Positions 55,098-63,655 of a stretch of 64,000 nucleotides of DNA are shown piece after piece; position 1 is the first letter of the stretch, and every line of letters starts with the position of its first letter. The notes under the pieces were generated by a model, which saw only the letters and a list, made by a program, of their open reading frames with translations, did no database searches and was not told where the DNA came from. Both the position numbers and the translations under genes were made by a program. The DNA comes from an uncultured Alphaproteobacteria bacterium (GTDB lineage: Bacteria; Pseudomonadota; Alphaproteobacteria; Rhizobiales; Beijerinckiaceae): contig CAWEIU010000008.1 of NCBI GenBank assembly GCA_963809245.1, positions 45,611 to 109,610 of the forward strand. The letters are read 5' to 3'.

Positions 55098-55588
55098 CTT
55101 TTGCCTCTGGACTTGTTCAGCGTCACGGCGGCGCGGACGAGAGTCTTCAAAGCCTCCTCGTCTATCTCCGCGCCCTCGTGGAAATCGATGGCGCGCCTTG
55201 TGTTCCCGTCAAGGCTCGAGTTGAAGAGGCCGGAAGGATCCTGCAGCGCCGCGCCTTTGGCGAAGGTCATCTTCACGACGCTCTTGTAAGTCTCGCCGGT
55301 GCAGATCAGTCCGTCGTGCGACCACACCGGAACCCCTCTCCACTTCCACTCCTCGACGACTTCGGGATCGGCTTGCTTGACCAAGGTACGGAGACGGCTG
55401 AGCATCCTGCCTCGCCAGTCGCCTAGCTCCTCGATCCTCTCGTCGATCAGCTGAGAAGGAGACTTGCTTTCCTGCGGCGCGCTCGTCCGAGCCGTTTCTC
55501 CTCCGGTCAGGCCTCGCCCGAGCCCTACGACACTGCCATGGCCGCCCCGCGCATGTGTGCAGTGCACCAAGCGTGATATAGCCTTCAT
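55094..55588 (-). CDS. DUF1801 (YdhG-like) domain protein
   Basis: ORF 55094..55588. Core IDERIEELGDWRGRMLSRLRTLVKQADPEVVEEWKWRGVPVWSHDGLICTGETYKSVVKMTFAKGA. The N-terminal 40 aa look non-native, so the true start may be further downstream. Confidence 0.65.
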   Translation of the reverse strand: MKAISRLVHCTHARGGHGSVVGLGRGLTGGETARTSAPQESKSPSQLIDERIEELGDWRGRMLSRLRTLVKQADPEVVEEWKWRGVPVWSHDGLICTGETYKSVVKMTFAKGAALQDPSGLFNSSLDGNTRRAIDFHEGAEIDEEALKTLVRAAVTLNKSRGKS

Positions 55589-55822
55589 GCCGTTTCTCCT
55601 CCTTGGTCCTCAGGCTTTCATCGCGACGCGGTTAGTCGACCGGCCCCTACCGCCGACCTTCCCGCGCCGCCGACCCGGGTGGGGATCGGGTAGCTGGCGA
55701 CGGCCGTCGCGGCCCGCTCCGCAAAAAGCAGCCCCCAACAATTCCTTCCCAATTCGCCAAACGACAGCTATCCTTGCCCGTCGTTCGCCGCGACCAGCCC
55801 GGCGCCGAAGCGAGGCCGCGGC

Positions 55823-55976
55823 GTCAAGGCATTCGCGCCGAGGCGGCGTTCGTCAATGCACGGCGGCTTAAGCCGCTGACATTGCAGGGGCGAACGTCAA
55901 GCGAAGCCTTGACGCGGCTTGACATAGCTTGACGCCGCTTGACGAAATCATGCGGAGATTTGACGTAAGGCTCGAC
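55823..55976. promoter_or_regulatory. Dense phased array of TTGAC/GTCAA motifs (candidate multi-site regulator binding region)
   Basis: GTCAA at 55823, 55852 and 55896. TTGAC at 55909, 55919, 55929 and 55939 (exact 10-bp period, unit GCTTGACGNN) and at 55960. Degenerate CTGAC at 55876 and TCGAC at 55972. Includes the inverted pair CGTCAAG-N6-CTTGACG (55895-55914). Confidence 0.45.
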
Positions 55977-56043
55977 GAGGCGCCCGGATCCCTTCTCCCC
56001 GCTCGCACGGATAAGGCCAGAACGAGGGGTCCCCCGAATACAT

Positions 56044-56520
56044 CTAACAGTCGGATGCTCTAGCGTCCCTCGTCACCTCCGCCAGCCGCTCCTCCTCCTC
56101 GGCGCTCAGCGCCGGCGTCGCCTGCCGCCCGCGGCGCGCCGCGCTCCAAATCCCGAGCGCGCCGAGCGCCAGGATCAGCGGCGCGCAGAGCCACAGCAGC
56201 AGCGTCTCCAGCTTGAAGGGCGGCTTGAGGAGGATGAAGTCGCCGTAGCGCGAGACGAGGAAGGCGCGCACCGCCTCGTTGCTTTCGCCTTTGGCGATGC
56301 GCTCGCGGATCAGCAGGCGGATGTCGCGCGCCAGCGGCGCCTCCGAATCGTCGATCGACTGGTTTTGGCAGACCATGCAGCGCAGTTCCGCCGAGAGGCT
56401 GCGCGCGCGCGCTTCGAGCGCCGGGTCCTTCATCACCTCGTCGGGCTGCACGGCGCCGGCCGCCGCGGCGATGAGAATGAACGCGGCGGCGAGGACGGGG
56501 CGGAGCGCTTTCATCGTCAT
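56044..56520 (-). CDS. ccmH: Cytochrome c-type biogenesis protein CcmH (CycL)
   Basis: C-terminal part of ORF 56044..58413. ATG 56520 forms an ATGA overlap with the ccmF stop. MTMKALRPVLAAAFILIAAAAGA...LRCMVCQNQSIDDSEAPLARD (LRCxxCQ motif). Confidence 0.9.
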   Translation of the reverse strand: MTMKALRPVLAAAFILIAAAAGAVQPDEVMKDPALEARARSLSAELRCMVCQNQSIDDSEAPLARDIRLLIRERIAKGESNEAVRAFLVSRYGDFILLKPPFKLETLLLWLCAPLILALGALGIWSAARRGRQATPALSAEEEERLAEVTRDARASDC

Positions 56521-58496
56521 TCCGCCGCGACCGCTGCGGCGGCTGATTTGGCGCGGACCGGCGCGCCGAAGCGCAGGCGACGGTCGGCGAGCGACACCGC
56601 GCCGCCGAACGCCATCAGACAAGCCCCGAGCCAGATCAGCGTCACCAGCGGCTTCCAGTAGAGACGCGCCGGGACGGTTCCGTCGGCGGCGGGATCGCCG
56701 ATCGACACATAGAGCTGGCCGAAGCGGAGCGTCGCGATGCCGGCCTGGGTCGTCGCCATCTGCCGCGTCGCGAACTGGCGGCGCGCCGGCTCCACCAGGG
56801 CGACGACGACGCCGCCGGAGCGGATCGACATCGCCGCGACCGTCTCGCGATAGTTGGGGCCGTCGCGCGTGCCGACCGTGTCGACGACGACTTCGTAAGG
56901 CCCGACGGTCTGCGGCGCGCCGACTCGCATCGCCGCGATCGTCTCGGCGCCGAAGCCGGTCGAGGCGAGGCCGAGCAGCACGACGCCGACGCCGATATGG
57001 GCGAGGGCGCCGCCCCAGAACGACAGCGGCAGGCCGCGCACGCGATGGAGCGCCAGAGCGAGCGAGCCGCCGCGCGCCCAAGCGCGCGAGACGACCTCGG
57101 TCAGGGTTCCGACGATGAGGAAGATCGCCAGGCCCGCCGCGATCGGCGCCAGCACGGGGCCGCCGCGAAGCGTCGCCAGCAGCGCGACGAAGACGACGAA
57201 GCCCGCGGCGAACGCGACGACGAGGCGTTGCGCGACGCCGAGCAGGTCGCCGCGCTTCCAGGCCATCGAGAAGCCGAACGGCGCCACGAAGCAAAGAACG
57301 AGCAGCAGCGCGCCGACCGTCAGGTTGAAGAAGGGCGCGCCGACGGTGATCTTCTCGCCGGTCAATTGCTCGAGCGCCAGCGGGTAGAGCGTGCCGAAGA
57401 ACACCGTCGCGCCGGCGGTCGTCAGCAGCAGGTTGTTGAGCACCAGCGCGCCCTCGCGCGAGATCGGCGCGAATATCCCGCCCTGCTTGAGCGTCGGCGC
57501 GCGCCAGGCGAACAGGCTCAGCGAACCGGCGATGAAGACGGCGAGGATGGCGAGAATGAAGACGCCGCGCCGGGGATCGTTGGCGAAGGCGTGCACGGAG
57601 GTCAGCACGCCCGAGCGCACCAGGAACGTGCCGAGCAGCGAGAAGGAAAAGGCGAGAATGGCGAGGAAGATCGTCCACACCTTCAGCGCGTCGCGCTTTT
57701 CCATCACCGCGACCGAATGGACGAAGGCGGTTCCGGCGAGCCAGGGCATCAGCGAGGCGTTCTCGACCGGATCCCAGAACCAGAAGCCGCCCCAGCCGAG
57801 CGTGTAATAGGCCCAGTACGAGCCCATCGCGATGCCGAGCGTCAGGAAGCACCAGGCGACGAGCGCGAACGGCCGCACGAAGCGCGCCCAGGCGGCGTCG
57901 ATGCGGCCCTCGATCAGCGCCGCGGCGGCGAAGGAGAAGACGATCGAGAAGCCGACATAGCCGAGATAGAGCAGTGGCGGATGGATCGCGAGGCCGGGGT
58001 CTTGCAGCACCGGGTTGAGGTCGCGTCCCTCGAAGGGCGCGGGCGACAGGCGCTCGAACGGGTTCGAGGTCAACAGGATGAAGATGAGGAAGGCCGCGCC
58101 GATAAGCCCCTGCACGGCGAGCGCGTTGGCGCGCAGCTTGGCAGGCAGGCTCCGGCCGAAGGTCGCGACCAGCGCGCCGAAGACGCTGAGGATCAACGAC
58201 CAGAGCAGCATCGAGCCTTCGTGGTTGCCCCAGATCCCCGAGAATTTGTAGATTGTGGGCACGGCGCTGTGCGAATTCTCGGCGACGTTGAGCACCGAGA
58301 AGTCCGACGTCAGATGCGCCCAGCCGAGCGCGGCGAACGAGACGGCGATGAGCGCGAATTGTCCGAGCGCCGCGCTCGAGGCGATCCCCATCAGCGCGCG
58401 GTCGCCGCGCCACGCGCCGATCAGCGGCGGAATTGCCTGAACGAGCGCCAAAGCAAGCGCCAGAGCCAAAGCGTAGTGGCCGACCTCGACGATCAC
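56517..58496 (-). CDS. ccmF: Cytochrome c-type biogenesis heme lyase subunit CcmF (CycK)
   Basis: Lies inside ORF 56517..58520. GTG 58496 forms a GTGA overlap with the ccmE stop. VIVEVGHYALAL...WGNHEGSMLLW...WGGFWFWDPVENASLMPW (WWD motif). Confidence 0.9.
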   Translation of the reverse strand: MIVEVGHYALALALALALVQAIPPLIGAWRGDRALMGIASSAALGQFALIAVSFAALGWAHLTSDFSVLNVAENSHSAVPTIYKFSGIWGNHEGSMLLWSLILSVFGALVATFGRSLPAKLRANALAVQGLIGAAFLIFILLTSNPFERLSPAPFEGRDLNPVLQDPGLAIHPPLLYLGYVGFSIVFSFAAAALIEGRIDAAWARFVRPFALVAWCFLTLGIAMGSYWAYYTLGWGGFWFWDPVENASLMPWLAGTAFVHSVAVMEKRDALKVWTIFLAILAFSFSLLGTFLVRSGVLTSVHAFANDPRRGVFILAILAVFIAGSLSLFAWRAPTLKQGGIFAPISREGALVLNNLLLTTAGATVFFGTLYPLALEQLTGEKITVGAPFFNLTVGALLLVLCFVAPFGFSMAWKRGDLLGVAQRLVVAFAAGFVVFVALLATLRGGPVLAPIAAGLAIFLIVGTLTEVVSRAWARGGSLALALHRVRGLPLSFWGGALAHIGVGVVLLGLASTGFGAETIAAMRVGAPQTVGPYEVVVDTVGTRDGPNYRETVAAMSIRSGGVVVALVEPARRQFATRQMATTQAGIATLRFGQLYVSIGDPAADGTVPARLYWKPLVTLIWLGACLMAFGGAVSLADRRLRFGAPVRAKSAAAAVAAE

Positions 58497-58939
58497 GGAT
58501 TGGTGCTCCCTTCCTGCCAACGGCCCTGCTTCTTCAGCGAATCGACGACCTCGCGCGGCATGTAGCGTTCGTCGTGCTTGGCGAGAATGGTCTCGGCGCG
58601 CACGACGCCGGAGCGCTCCAGAACGCCCTCGGCCACAACGCCCTGTCCTTCGCGAAAAAGATCGGGCGGCAGGCCCTGATAGTCGACCTTGATCGTGTTG
58701 GCGCCGTCGGTGATCGAAAAGTCGAGCTTCTCGTCGGCCGATTTGACGACGGAGCCCATCTCGACGAGGCCGCCGACCCGCACGCGCGCGCCGGCCTCAA
58801 CCTTCTTTTGCAGGATTTCGCTCGGGCTGTAGAAAAACACGATGCTGTCGCTCAGCGAATAGAGCGCGAGGCCGGCGGCGCCGGCGATGACGGCGAGAGC
58901 GGCTCCGATCAGGGCGAGGCGGCGGCCTTTGCGCGTCAT
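58493..58939 (-). CDS. ccmE: Cytochrome c-type biogenesis heme chaperone CcmE (CycJ)
   Basis: ORF 58493..58939. VRVGGLVEMGSV...FREGQGVVAEG...ILAKHDERYMP (heme-binding His). Confidence 0.92.
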   Translation of the reverse strand: MTRKGRRLALIGAALAVIAGAAGLALYSLSDSIVFFYSPSEILQKKVEAGARVRVGGLVEMGSVVKSADEKLDFSITDGANTIKVDYQGLPPDLFREGQGVVAEGVLERSGVVRAETILAKHDERYMPREVVDSLKKQGRWQEGSTNP

Positions 58940-58942
58940 CGC

Positions 58943-60058
58943 TCAGCCTCCGAGCCCGAGTTCGTGCGCGAGCAGGTCGAGTTGGCCCGCGCTCGACGGA
59001 TCGGCCGCCAGCGCCTTGCGCGCCGTCGAAAGCGCGTCCCGCGCTTTGTCCGGCTCATGCAGCACCATGTAGGACCGGATGAGGCGCGACCAGTCGCTCA
59101 CGCCGCCGCCGCTTTGCGCGAGGCGGGTCGCCAGGCTTTCGACCATGCCGTGGATCATTTGCTGCTGCTGCGGATCGCTTGCGGCGGCCTCAGTGCTCGT
59201 TCCCGTCGCGCCTCCCGGCTGCTCCACGGGGGCCGCGTTCTGGAGCGCCGCCAGTCGGGTCGACAAGGCTTGGGTCCAGACCGCGCCTTTCGGCGCGTCC
59301 TTTAGCAGCGCCTGATACATGTCGACCGCTTTCGTCTTGTCGCCGTCCTGCTCGGCCGCCAGGGCGAGATAGAAGCGCGCGGCCGGCTGGCCGGGCTGTT
59401 CGCCCAGCGCCTTGTCGAAGGCGGCGCGCGCGTCGGCCGTGACGAGGCCGTTTGCCGCGCCGACCAGCGCCTCGCCGTAGCTCGCTCGCAGCGTCCCGCT
59501 CTCTCCTTTGAGGCGAAGCAATTGTTGATATGCGTTGACCGCGTCGCTGAAGCGCCCGAGGCGCATGTAGACGGGGGCGATCACCGCCCATCCCTTGGCG
59601 TCGTCGGGCGAGGCGACGAGATGCGCCTCGATGCGCGCGATCGCGGCCTCGAGGCCTTCCGGCGTCTTCAGGTCGGGCGTCCGGCTCGCCAGCGGCTCGT
59701 CGGGCAGTTCTGGCCGGCCGAGGCGCCCGTAGAGCCCGAGCGCGACCAGCGGCACGGCGATCAGAATGAGAACCGCGGCGGCGCGGCGCAGGGCCAGCGC
59801 CTCGCCGGGCCGGTTCGCGGACGTTTCGGCGGCGCTCGCCGCGATGAGACGGCGCGCCGCCTCAGCCCGCGCCGCTGCGGCCTCCTGAGGAGGGAGTTGG
59901 CCGCGCTCCACGTCGCGCTCGATCTCGCCGATCTGCCCCTTGTAGAAGGCGATGTCGCTCGCCGGAGCGGCGCTTTGACTGGCGCGGAAGGCCAGCGGCC
60001 ACAGGGCGCACAGCACGGCAAGGCCCGTCATTCCGGCAAGGACGATCCACAGCGTCAA
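58943..60058 (-). CDS. ccmI: Cytochrome c-type biogenesis protein CcmI (CycH)
   Basis: ORF 58943..60058. Two N-terminal TMs (MTLWIVLAGMTGLAVLCALWPL; AAVLILIAVPLVALGLY) followed by a TPR-like periplasmic domain. Confidence 0.85.
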   Translation of the reverse strand: MTLWIVLAGMTGLAVLCALWPLAFRASQSAAPASDIAFYKGQIGEIERDVERGQLPPQEAAAARAEAARRLIAASAAETSANRPGEALALRRAAAVLILIAVPLVALGLYGRLGRPELPDEPLASRTPDLKTPEGLEAAIARIEAHLVASPDDAKGWAVIAPVYMRLGRFSDAVNAYQQLLRLKGESGTLRASYGEALVGAANGLVTADARAAFDKALGEQPGQPAARFYLALAAEQDGDKTKAVDMYQALLKDAPKGAVWTQALSTRLAALQNAAPVEQPGGATGTSTEAAASDPQQQQMIHGMVESLATRLAQSGGGVSDWSRLIRSYMVLHEPDKARDALSTARKALAADPSSAGQLDLLAHELGLGG

Positions 60059-60173
60059 AGCAGCCTCTTCTGCGGCGGGGGAACGGCCGCCCGCCGGGTG
60101 GGTCTTAAAGCATTTCGGCCGCCGAAAACAGGCGATTGGGTCTGGCTACCGGGCGGGCGGGCGGCCTCATCGA

Positions 60174-61556
60174 TCAAAATCGCGGCAGCCGCAGTCGCGC
60201 CCTGAGGCCGCCGAGCGGGCTCTCCTCGAGATGCAGCGCGCCGCCATAAACCATGGCGAGATCGGCGACGATCGAGAGGCCGAGGCCGGAGCCTGGGCGT
60301 GACTCGTCGAGCTTTTGCCCGCGCACCAGTGCGGCGGCGCGCTCGTCGGGGTCGAGGCCCGGCCCGTCGTCGTCGATCCAGGCGGTGAAGTAGAAGCGTC
60401 CGGCCGGGTCGGGCACGTGGTCGCGCTCTGCGTGAATGACGATCCGCTCGTGCGCCCACTTGCCGGCGTTATCGAGGAGGTTGCCGATCAGGTCGGTCAG
60501 ATCCTGGGCTTCGCCGCGAAAGCGCATGCCGTCCTGCGCCTCGACGGTAAAGACGAGAGCCCGGTCGCGGTAGACCTTCTCGAAGGTGCGCACGAGCCCG
60601 TCGATCACATGCCTCACGTCGGTCGCCGCGCCGGGGGCGCTGGCGCGCGCCGCCGCCCGGGCACGGTCGAGATAGAAGCTCACCTGCCGGCGCATCACCC
60701 CCGCCTGGTCCAGCACCTTCTCGGCGAGGGTCGGACTGTTCGAATCGGCTTCGTTGACGATCACGCTGAGCGGCGTCTTCAGCGCGTGGGCGAGATTGCC
60801 GACCTGGGTGCGCGCGCGCTCGACGACGCCGCGATTGACGTCGAGCAGCAGATTGACCTCGGCGGCGAGCGGGGCGACGTCGTGGGGAAATTCGCCGCTG
60901 ATCCGCTCGGCTTCGCCGCGGCGGACGGCGGCGAGCCCCTCCTGCAGCACCCTGAGCGGGCGCAGGCCGTAGCGCACTGCAAGGGCGGTCGAGCCGATCA
61001 GCGCGACCGCGAGAATGAGGAACGTCGCGGCGAGCGAATATTCGAAACGGTTGATCTGCTCCTGGATCACGTCTGCGTTGGCGGCGACCTCGACGAGGAA
61101 GCGCCCCTCGTCGCCGGCGTCGATCTCGCGGGCGATCACGCGCAGCGGCCGATTGTCCGGTCCGTCGACATAGCCGCGCCGGACGCCAAGCCGGTCGGGC
61201 TTCTCGGTGTCGGCCAGGCTCGGCAGTTGGGTGGCGAACAGCGAGCGCGACGTTCGGATTTCCGGCGGCGTGACGTCGAGGCGCGTGATCTGCCAATACC
61301 AGCCGGAAAAGGCGAGTTCGAATTGCGGATCGATCACCGGCGAGGAGCCGGCGCGCGTCTCGTCGCCGCCCGTCGCGATGTTGGCGACCAGCGCCTTGAG
61401 GTAGACGCCGAGTTGCTCGTCGAAATTGGCCTCGCTCCAGCGCGCGTTGAGCGCGGAGAGCCCGAGTCCGGCGATGAACAGGATCGTCGCGCTCCAGAAC
61501 GCGGCGGAGATGAACAGTCGAGAGGCGATTGACCGCGCGCTCAGCGCTTTGAACAT
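60174..61556 (-). CDS. Sensor histidine kinase (two TMs, HAMP, HisKA, HATPase_c)
   Basis: ORF 60174..61556. H-box NLAHALKTPLS, N-box GNLLDNAGKWA, DDDGPGL, GSGLGLSIV. Confidence 0.88.
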   Translation of the reverse strand: MFKALSARSIASRLFISAAFWSATILFIAGLGLSALNARWSEANFDEQLGVYLKALVANIATGGDETRAGSSPVIDPQFELAFSGWYWQITRLDVTPPEIRTSRSLFATQLPSLADTEKPDRLGVRRGYVDGPDNRPLRVIAREIDAGDEGRFLVEVAANADVIQEQINRFEYSLAATFLILAVALIGSTALAVRYGLRPLRVLQEGLAAVRRGEAERISGEFPHDVAPLAAEVNLLLDVNRGVVERARTQVGNLAHALKTPLSVIVNEADSNSPTLAEKVLDQAGVMRRQVSFYLDRARAAARASAPGAATDVRHVIDGLVRTFEKVYRDRALVFTVEAQDGMRFRGEAQDLTDLIGNLLDNAGKWAHERIVIHAERDHVPDPAGRFYFTAWIDDDGPGLDPDERAAALVRGQKLDESRPGSGLGLSIVADLAMVYGGALHLEESPLGGLRARLRLPRF

Positions 61557-61600
61557 GATCCTGATCCGCCTCCCGCAGGCCGAACGGCCAAGCGCTTTCG

Positions 61601-62302
61601 TCAGCGGGCGGTCTTGCGCTTCGGCGCGGCGCCGCCCGAATCGCCCTCGGTCTCGACGATATAGCCGAGCCCGCGCGCGGTCTGGATCACATCGACGCCG
61701 AGCTTTTTGCGCAGACGGCCGACGAAGACCTCGATCGTGTTGGAATCGCGGTCGAAATCCTGGTCGTAGAGATGGTCGACGATCTCGCTGCGCGACACGA
61801 TGCGGCCGGAGTGGTGCATCAGATAGGACAGCAGCCGATATTCGTGGCTGGTCAGCTTGATCGCGGCGCCGTTGACGGTGACGCGTCCCGTGCGCGCATC
61901 GAGCCGCACCGGACCGGCGACGAGTTCGCTCGAGGCGTGGCCGGCGGCGCGGCGCAGCAGCGCGCGCAGACGCGCCAGCACTTCCTCCATGTGGAACGGC
62001 TTGCCGACGTAGTCGTCGGCCCCCGCGTCGAAGCCCTGCACCTTGTCGCTCCAGCGGTCGCGGGCGGTCAGGATCAGCACCGGCATCGTCCGGCCGCTCT
62101 TGCGCCAGGCCTCCAGCACCGAGACGCCGTCGCGCTTCGGCAGGCCGATGTCGAGCACGATCGCGTCATAGGGCTCGGTGTCGCCGAGGAACCAAGCCTC
62201 TTCGCCGTCGTAGGCGCGGTCGATGGCGTAGCCGGCGGCCTCGAGCGCGGTCGCGATTTGACGGTTGAGGTCGCGATCGTCTTCGACAACGAGAAGGCGC
62301 AT
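61601..62302 (-). CDS. OmpR/PhoB-family response regulator
   Basis: Lies inside ORF 61601..62326. ATG 62302 gives MRLLVVEDDRDL...DAIVLDIGLP...LILTARD...DDYVGKPF, plus a winged-helix C-terminus (LTSHEYRLLSYL...GLGYIV). Confidence 0.9.
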   Translation of the reverse strand: MRLLVVEDDRDLNRQIATALEAAGYAIDRAYDGEEAWFLGDTEPYDAIVLDIGLPKRDGVSVLEAWRKSGRTMPVLILTARDRWSDKVQGFDAGADDYVGKPFHMEEVLARLRALLRRAAGHASSELVAGPVRLDARTGRVTVNGAAIKLTSHEYRLLSYLMHHSGRIVSRSEIVDHLYDQDFDRDSNTIEVFVGRLRKKLGVDVIQTARGLGYIVETEGDSGGAAPKRKTAR

Positions 62303-62322
62303 GGGTTCTGTCGGTCCTCCGA

Positions 62323-62691
62323 TCACATTTTCGGCATCGGCTCGCGCGCGTTGCGGGCGCCGAGGAGCTTGCCGTTCGCCGCGTTCATGACGGCGTGCAC
62401 GAGCCGGCCGTCGCGATGCAGCAGCGTTATCTCATAAACGAATTCGTCGCCGAGGTGGCAAAGCTTGGCTGACAAGGCTTCTGCCTTGAACTGCGCCGAT
62501 GCGGATTTCAGAACGGCGAAAGGCTCGATAAAATGCCGCGATTTGATCTCCTCGCGGCTCTCGGCGGGGGGCAGGCACGGCCGCTTGATCGCGACATGCG
62601 TCTCCGTCTCGTTCGCCTGCGCCGCCAAGGGCGTCGTGGTGAAGACCGCGCCGAGCGCGAGGAGGACAGCGATATTTGACTTCAGCGTCAT
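62323..62691 (-). CDS. PepSY domain-containing secreted protein
   Basis: C-terminal 122 aa of ORF 62323..63600. ATG 62691 gives signal MTLKSNIAVLLALGAVFTTTPLAAQA...FVYEITLLHRDGRLVHAVMNAANGKLL. Confidence 0.7.
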   Translation of the reverse strand: MTLKSNIAVLLALGAVFTTTPLAAQANETETHVAIKRPCLPPAESREEIKSRHFIEPFAVLKSASAQFKAEALSAKLCHLGDEFVYEITLLHRDGRLVHAVMNAANGKLLGARNAREPMPKM

Positions 62692-62799
62692 ATCGCAGCT
62701 TTTCCCCCTTCGTCTGAATAGGGAATGAACATAGCCGAGCGAGGCCGCCAAGGCCACTCGGCGCCAAGCCGCGCTTGCCCCTCGACCGGCCCGGGAGCC

Positions 62800-63555
62800 A
62801 TGATGCTGACGATGCGCCTCGCCGTCCGATTCGCCGCCCTCGTCACCGCTCTCGTTTGCGTTGCGCCTGCCGGCGCCGTCGTCGGCGGCGCGGGCGAAGA
62901 CGGGCGCTTCGCCAACGAGGTCGTGATGGTTTTGACCCGCGGCGGCGACAAGGCCGGCTTTTGCACCGGCGTCGTCATTGCGCCCCGCGTCGTGCTGACC
63001 GCCGCCCATTGCCTTCGACCCATCCAGGACATGGCCGTTCACTTTCGGGACGAGAAGGGACGCCCCGTGCTCGTGCCGGTGCAGGCCGCTGCGACCCATC
63101 CGCTCTATCGCGCGGATGCGGTCGCCAAGCGGGTGGTGTCCATCGACCTCGGCCTCGTGGAGACACAGACGCCGCTCCCGGCCCGCTTCACGGCCGCGCG
63201 GCTCGCCTCCGGAGACGAGCCGGCGGTTGGGGATGCGGCGATCCTCGCGGGATACGGCGTCGCGCGCGAAGGCGAGCCCAAGAGTGGCGGCGCGTTGCGC
63301 AGCGCGGCGCTGCGCGTGCAAGCTCCCCTGTCGCGCATCCTTCTGTGGGCGGCGGACGCCGATCAAGCCGGCGTGGGGGCCTGCTCGGGCGATTCGGGCG
63401 GCCCGCTCTTCTCCGGCGATGGCGGAACGGTCGTCGCCGTGGTCGCCTGGACGAGTGGCTCGCACGGCGGCCGCTGCGGGGTTTTGACGCAAGGGCCCCT
63501 GATCGCGCCGCAACGGGCCTGGATCGACGCGACGCTGGCGCGCTGGGGGCTCTAG
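62800..63555 (+). CDS. Secreted trypsin-like (S1 family) serine protease
   Basis: Lies inside ORF 62725..63555. Start is ATG 62800 or 62803. Signal MMLTMRLAVRFAALVTALVCVAPAGA. Catalytic motifs LTAAHC, DLGLV, CSGDSGGP. Confidence 0.85.
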   Translation: MMLTMRLAVRFAALVTALVCVAPAGAVVGGAGEDGRFANEVVMVLTRGGDKAGFCTGVVIAPRVVLTAAHCLRPIQDMAVHFRDEKGRPVLVPVQAAATHPLYRADAVAKRVVSIDLGLVETQTPLPARFTAARLASGDEPAVGDAAILAGYGVAREGEPKSGGALRSAALRVQAPLSRILLWAADADQAGVGACSGDSGGPLFSGDGGTVVAVVAWTSGSHGGRCGVLTQGPLIAPQRAWIDATLARWGL

Positions 63556-63592
63556 ACCGTGGCGATTTGATTGAATCGCCGCACGGTCTAGA
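63551..63592 (+). terminator. Strong hairpin overlapping the protease stop codon (terminator or REP-like)
   Basis: TCTAGACCGTG-GCGATT / AATCGC-CG-CACGGTCTAGA gives an 11+6 bp stem with a 2-nt bulge and a 6-nt loop. There is no clear T-tract. Confidence 0.35.
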
Positions 63593-63615
63593 TTCCTCAA
63601 TTGCCGCGCGCTTTT

Positions 63616-63644
63616 GGCGAAAAACCGGCGTCCACTTTTTCGCC
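63616..63644. terminator. Hairpin GGCGAAAAA-N11-TTTTTCGCC between convergent genes
   Basis: Perfect 9-bp inverted repeat with A/T tracts built into the stem, 12 nt beyond the ycgN stop. Could act in both directions. Confidence 0.35.
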
Positions 63645-63655
63645 GCGCCTTTAGC

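Noticed and set aside
55895-55976. Tandem 10-bp repeats as a possible CRISPR array or a minisatellite
   Set aside because: The units are only 10 bp with no spacers of CRISPR size and there are no cas genes. The conserved core (TTGAC) with variable flanks looks like protein-binding sites rather than replication-slippage repeats.
56044-58413. 789-aa ORF overlapping ccmF
   Set aside because: Only the last 158 codons (CcmH, LRCMVCQ motif) look real. The remainder is an Arg-rich alternative frame of ccmF.
62323-63600. 425-aa ORF antisense to the S1 protease
   Set aside because: Only the C-terminal 122 aa (signal peptide plus PepSY-like fold) are credible. The upstream part is antisense to a gene with an intact catalytic triad.
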